A DNA stretch of 64,000 bases, from positions 53,445 to 117,444 of the forward strand of contig DATJTW010000023.1 of NCBI GenBank assembly GCA_035502995.1, read 5' to 3'. Positions within the stretch are counted from its first letter, which is position 1. Each line of letters starts with the position of its first letter. A model generated the notes under the pieces. It did no database searches, was not told the origin of the DNA, and was given only the letters and a program-made list of their open reading frames with translations. This document shows positions 62,474 through 64,000 of the stretch, in pieces. This stretch comes from Steroidobacteraceae bacterium (lineage in GTDB: Bacteria > Pseudomonadota > Gammaproteobacteria > Steroidobacterales > Steroidobacteraceae). The translations under genes and the position numbers were made by a program.

Positions 62474-64000
62474 GTGAAATCCGGTCTGCCCATCGACGAA
62501 ATCCTGCCCGCGTTGCGCACCGCGCTCGCGCAGGGCCGCAACGCCGTCGTGGAAGCGCCGCCCGGCGCCGGCAAGAGCACCGTCGTTCCGATTGCGCTGC
62601 TCGACGAACCGTGGTTGCGCGGCGGGAGGATCGTGATGCTCGAACCGCGGCGGCTGGCGACGCGCGCCGTCGCCACGCGCATGGCCGCGACGCTCGGAGA
62701 GCCGCCGGGCGAGACGGTCGGTTACCGCATGCGGCTCGAGACGCGCGTGTCGCGCCGCACCCGCATCGAGGTGGTGACCGAGGGCGTGTTCACGCGCATG
62801 TTGCAGTCCGACCCGGCGCTCGAAGGCGTCGCCGCGGTGCTGTTCGACGAATTCCACGAACGCAGCCTGCACGCCGACACCGGGCTCGCGTTCGCGCTGG
62901 ATTCCCAGGAAAACCTGGCGCCGGAGCTGCGGCTGCTGGTGATGTCGGCCACGCTCGACGGCGCGGCGGTGGCGAAGTTGTTAGGCGGCGCGGCGGCCGG
63001 CGCACCGGTGGTGACGGCCGCCGGGCGCGTGTTCGCGGTCGACGTGCGCCATGCCGGCAGCGGCCTGCCGCTGTTGCCGGGTCCGCCGGTCGGCGGTCGC
63101 GAGACGCCGGAGCTCGTGACGCTGCGCGCGATCAAGCGTGCGCTGGGCGAGACCGAGGGCGACCTGCTGGTGTTCCTGCCGGGCGCCGGCGAGATCCGCC
63201 GCGTGCAGGGCATGCTGGGCGACGTCGGTCCGGCGATCGACGTGTTTCCCTTGTATGGCGAGCTGGCGCCGGGCGACCAGGATGCCGCGCTCGCGCCGGC
63301 GCGCGCCGGGCGGCGCAAGGTCGTGCTGGCCACGAACATCGCGGAGACCAGCCTCACCATCGACGGCGTGCGCGTCGTCATCGACGCCGGCCTCGAGCGG
63401 CGCAGCCTGTTCGATCCGGCCAGCGGGATGAACCGGCTCGAGGTGCAGCGCATCTCGCGCGCGTCGGCGGAGCAGCGGGCGGGCCGCGCCGGACGTACCG
63501 CGCCCGGCGTCGCGTATCGGCTGTGGGGCGAGGGCGCGGAGCGCAGTCTCGCCGCGTATGCGCCGCCCGAGGTGATGGTCGCCGATCTCGCGCCGCTGGC
63601 ACTGGATCTCGCGGCGTGGGGTACGGAGGCCGGCAAGCTGCGCTGGCTGGATCCGCCGCCCGCGGCCACGCTGGCCAGCGCGCGCGATTTGCTGACGCGC
63701 CTCGGTGCGCTCGACGCGGCCGGCCGCGTCACCGCCCATGGCCGCGCGATGCAGGAATTCCCCGCGCACCCGCGACTGGCGCACATGCTGATCCGCGCGC
63801 GCGGGCTCGGCGCGGGTAGTTTGGCCGCGGAGCTCGCGGCGTTGTTGTCGGATCGCGACCTGCTGCGCGCGGGTGGCGGCGGCCGCGAACGCGACAGCGA
63901 CATCCACACGCGGCTGGAGCTGCTGCGGCGGGGTGGCGGCAACGTCGATCGCGGCGCGCTGGACCGCGTGCGCCGCTCGCAGCGCGCGTTCGAGGCGCAG
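62474..64000 (+). CDS. hrpB: ATP-dependent RNA helicase HrpB (DEAH-box), 3' end cut by window edge
   Basis: Absent from the ORF track because no stop lies within the window. The frame is open from GTG 62474 to nt 64000. Walker A APPGAGKST, DEFHERS (DEAH box), VMSATLD, VLATNIAETSLTIDGV, QRAGRAGR. Confidence 0.88.
   Translation, partial: MKSGLPIDEILPALRTALAQGRNAVVEAPPGAGKSTVVPIALLDEPWLRGGRIVMLEPRRLATRAVATRMAATLGEPPGETVGYRMRLETRVSRRTRIEVVTEGVFTRMLQSDPALEGVAAVLFDEFHERSLHADTGLAFALDSQENLAPELRLLVMSATLDGAAVAKLLGGAAAGAPVVTAAGRVFAVDVRHAGSGLPLLPGPPVGGRETPELVTLRAIKRALGETEGDLLVFLPGAGEIRRVQGMLGDVGPAIDVFPLYGELAPGDQDAALAPARAGRRKVVLATNIAETSLTIDGVRVVIDAGLERRSLFDPASGMNRLEVQRISRASAEQRAGRAGRTAPGVAYRLWGEGAERSLAAYAPPEVMVADLAPLALDLAAWGTEAGKLRWLDPPPAATLASARDLLTRLGALDAAGRVTAHGRAMQEFPAHPRLAHMLIRARGLGAGSLAAELAALLSDRDLLRAGGGGRERDSDIHTRLELLRRGGGNVDRGALDRVRRSQRAFEAQ

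Noticed and set aside
27019-62985. Enrichment of GTTAG / TTGTTAGG words as an independent DNA motif
   Set aside because: The pentamer GTTAG is not over-represented by my rough expectation, and the octamer has only 3 copies. It is kept only as part of the rare-codon-doublet observation.
1-64000. Genomic island or mobile element anywhere in the window
   Set aside because: I saw no integrase, transposase, tRNA target, flanking direct repeats or obvious compositional break. The only AT-richer stretches are short intergenic regions.

Overview
Very GC-rich 64-kb chromosomal segment (about 68-70% G+C by eye, not computed). OxyR-, MipA-, TreA-, YpfJ- and HrpB-type genes suggest a gammaproteobacterium of the Xanthomonadales/Nevskiales type; this is inference only. 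I support about 58 protein-coding genes at high coding density, with many ATGA/GTGA start-stop overlaps, plus three short intergenic repeat families and a few hairpin terminators. I recognised no rRNA, tRNA, CRISPR array, transposase, integrase or phage gene. Because of the GC content all six frames carry long Arg/Ala/Pro-rich ORFs, so most track ORFs are shadow frames and were rejected, and many starts were trimmed. Gene content: secreted or envelope hydrolases (trehalase, PhoD, GH9, astacin-like metzincin, M48, beta-lactamase-fold); signalling proteins (two histidine kinases, an OmpR regulator, ECF sigma/anti-sigma, a GGDEF and a GGDEF-EAL protein, LysR/LuxR/XRE regulators); transporters (VIT1, LysE, two CPA2); two bactofilins; a DUF1800/DUF1501 pair. 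Best candidate for an undescribed system: an apparent operon at 26.4-34.8 kb in which a Cys-less OxyR paralogue is translationally coupled to three flavin-dependent halogenase homologues, with a block-duplicated [halogenase + RCK-less CPA2 antiporter] unit. Other notable points: an ECF sigma/anti-sigma operon ending in a subtilase homologue that has lost His, Asn and Ser of the catalytic machinery; the AT-rich octamer CTATCTAC/GTAGATAG, seen at least 15 times and mostly as the rare codon pair TAT-CTA; a perfect 38-bp palindrome in a divergent promoter region with a degenerate second copy; a 40-nt GGGGACA... REP-like element family. All family assignments come from motif recognition by eye and need HMM/BLAST confirmation.
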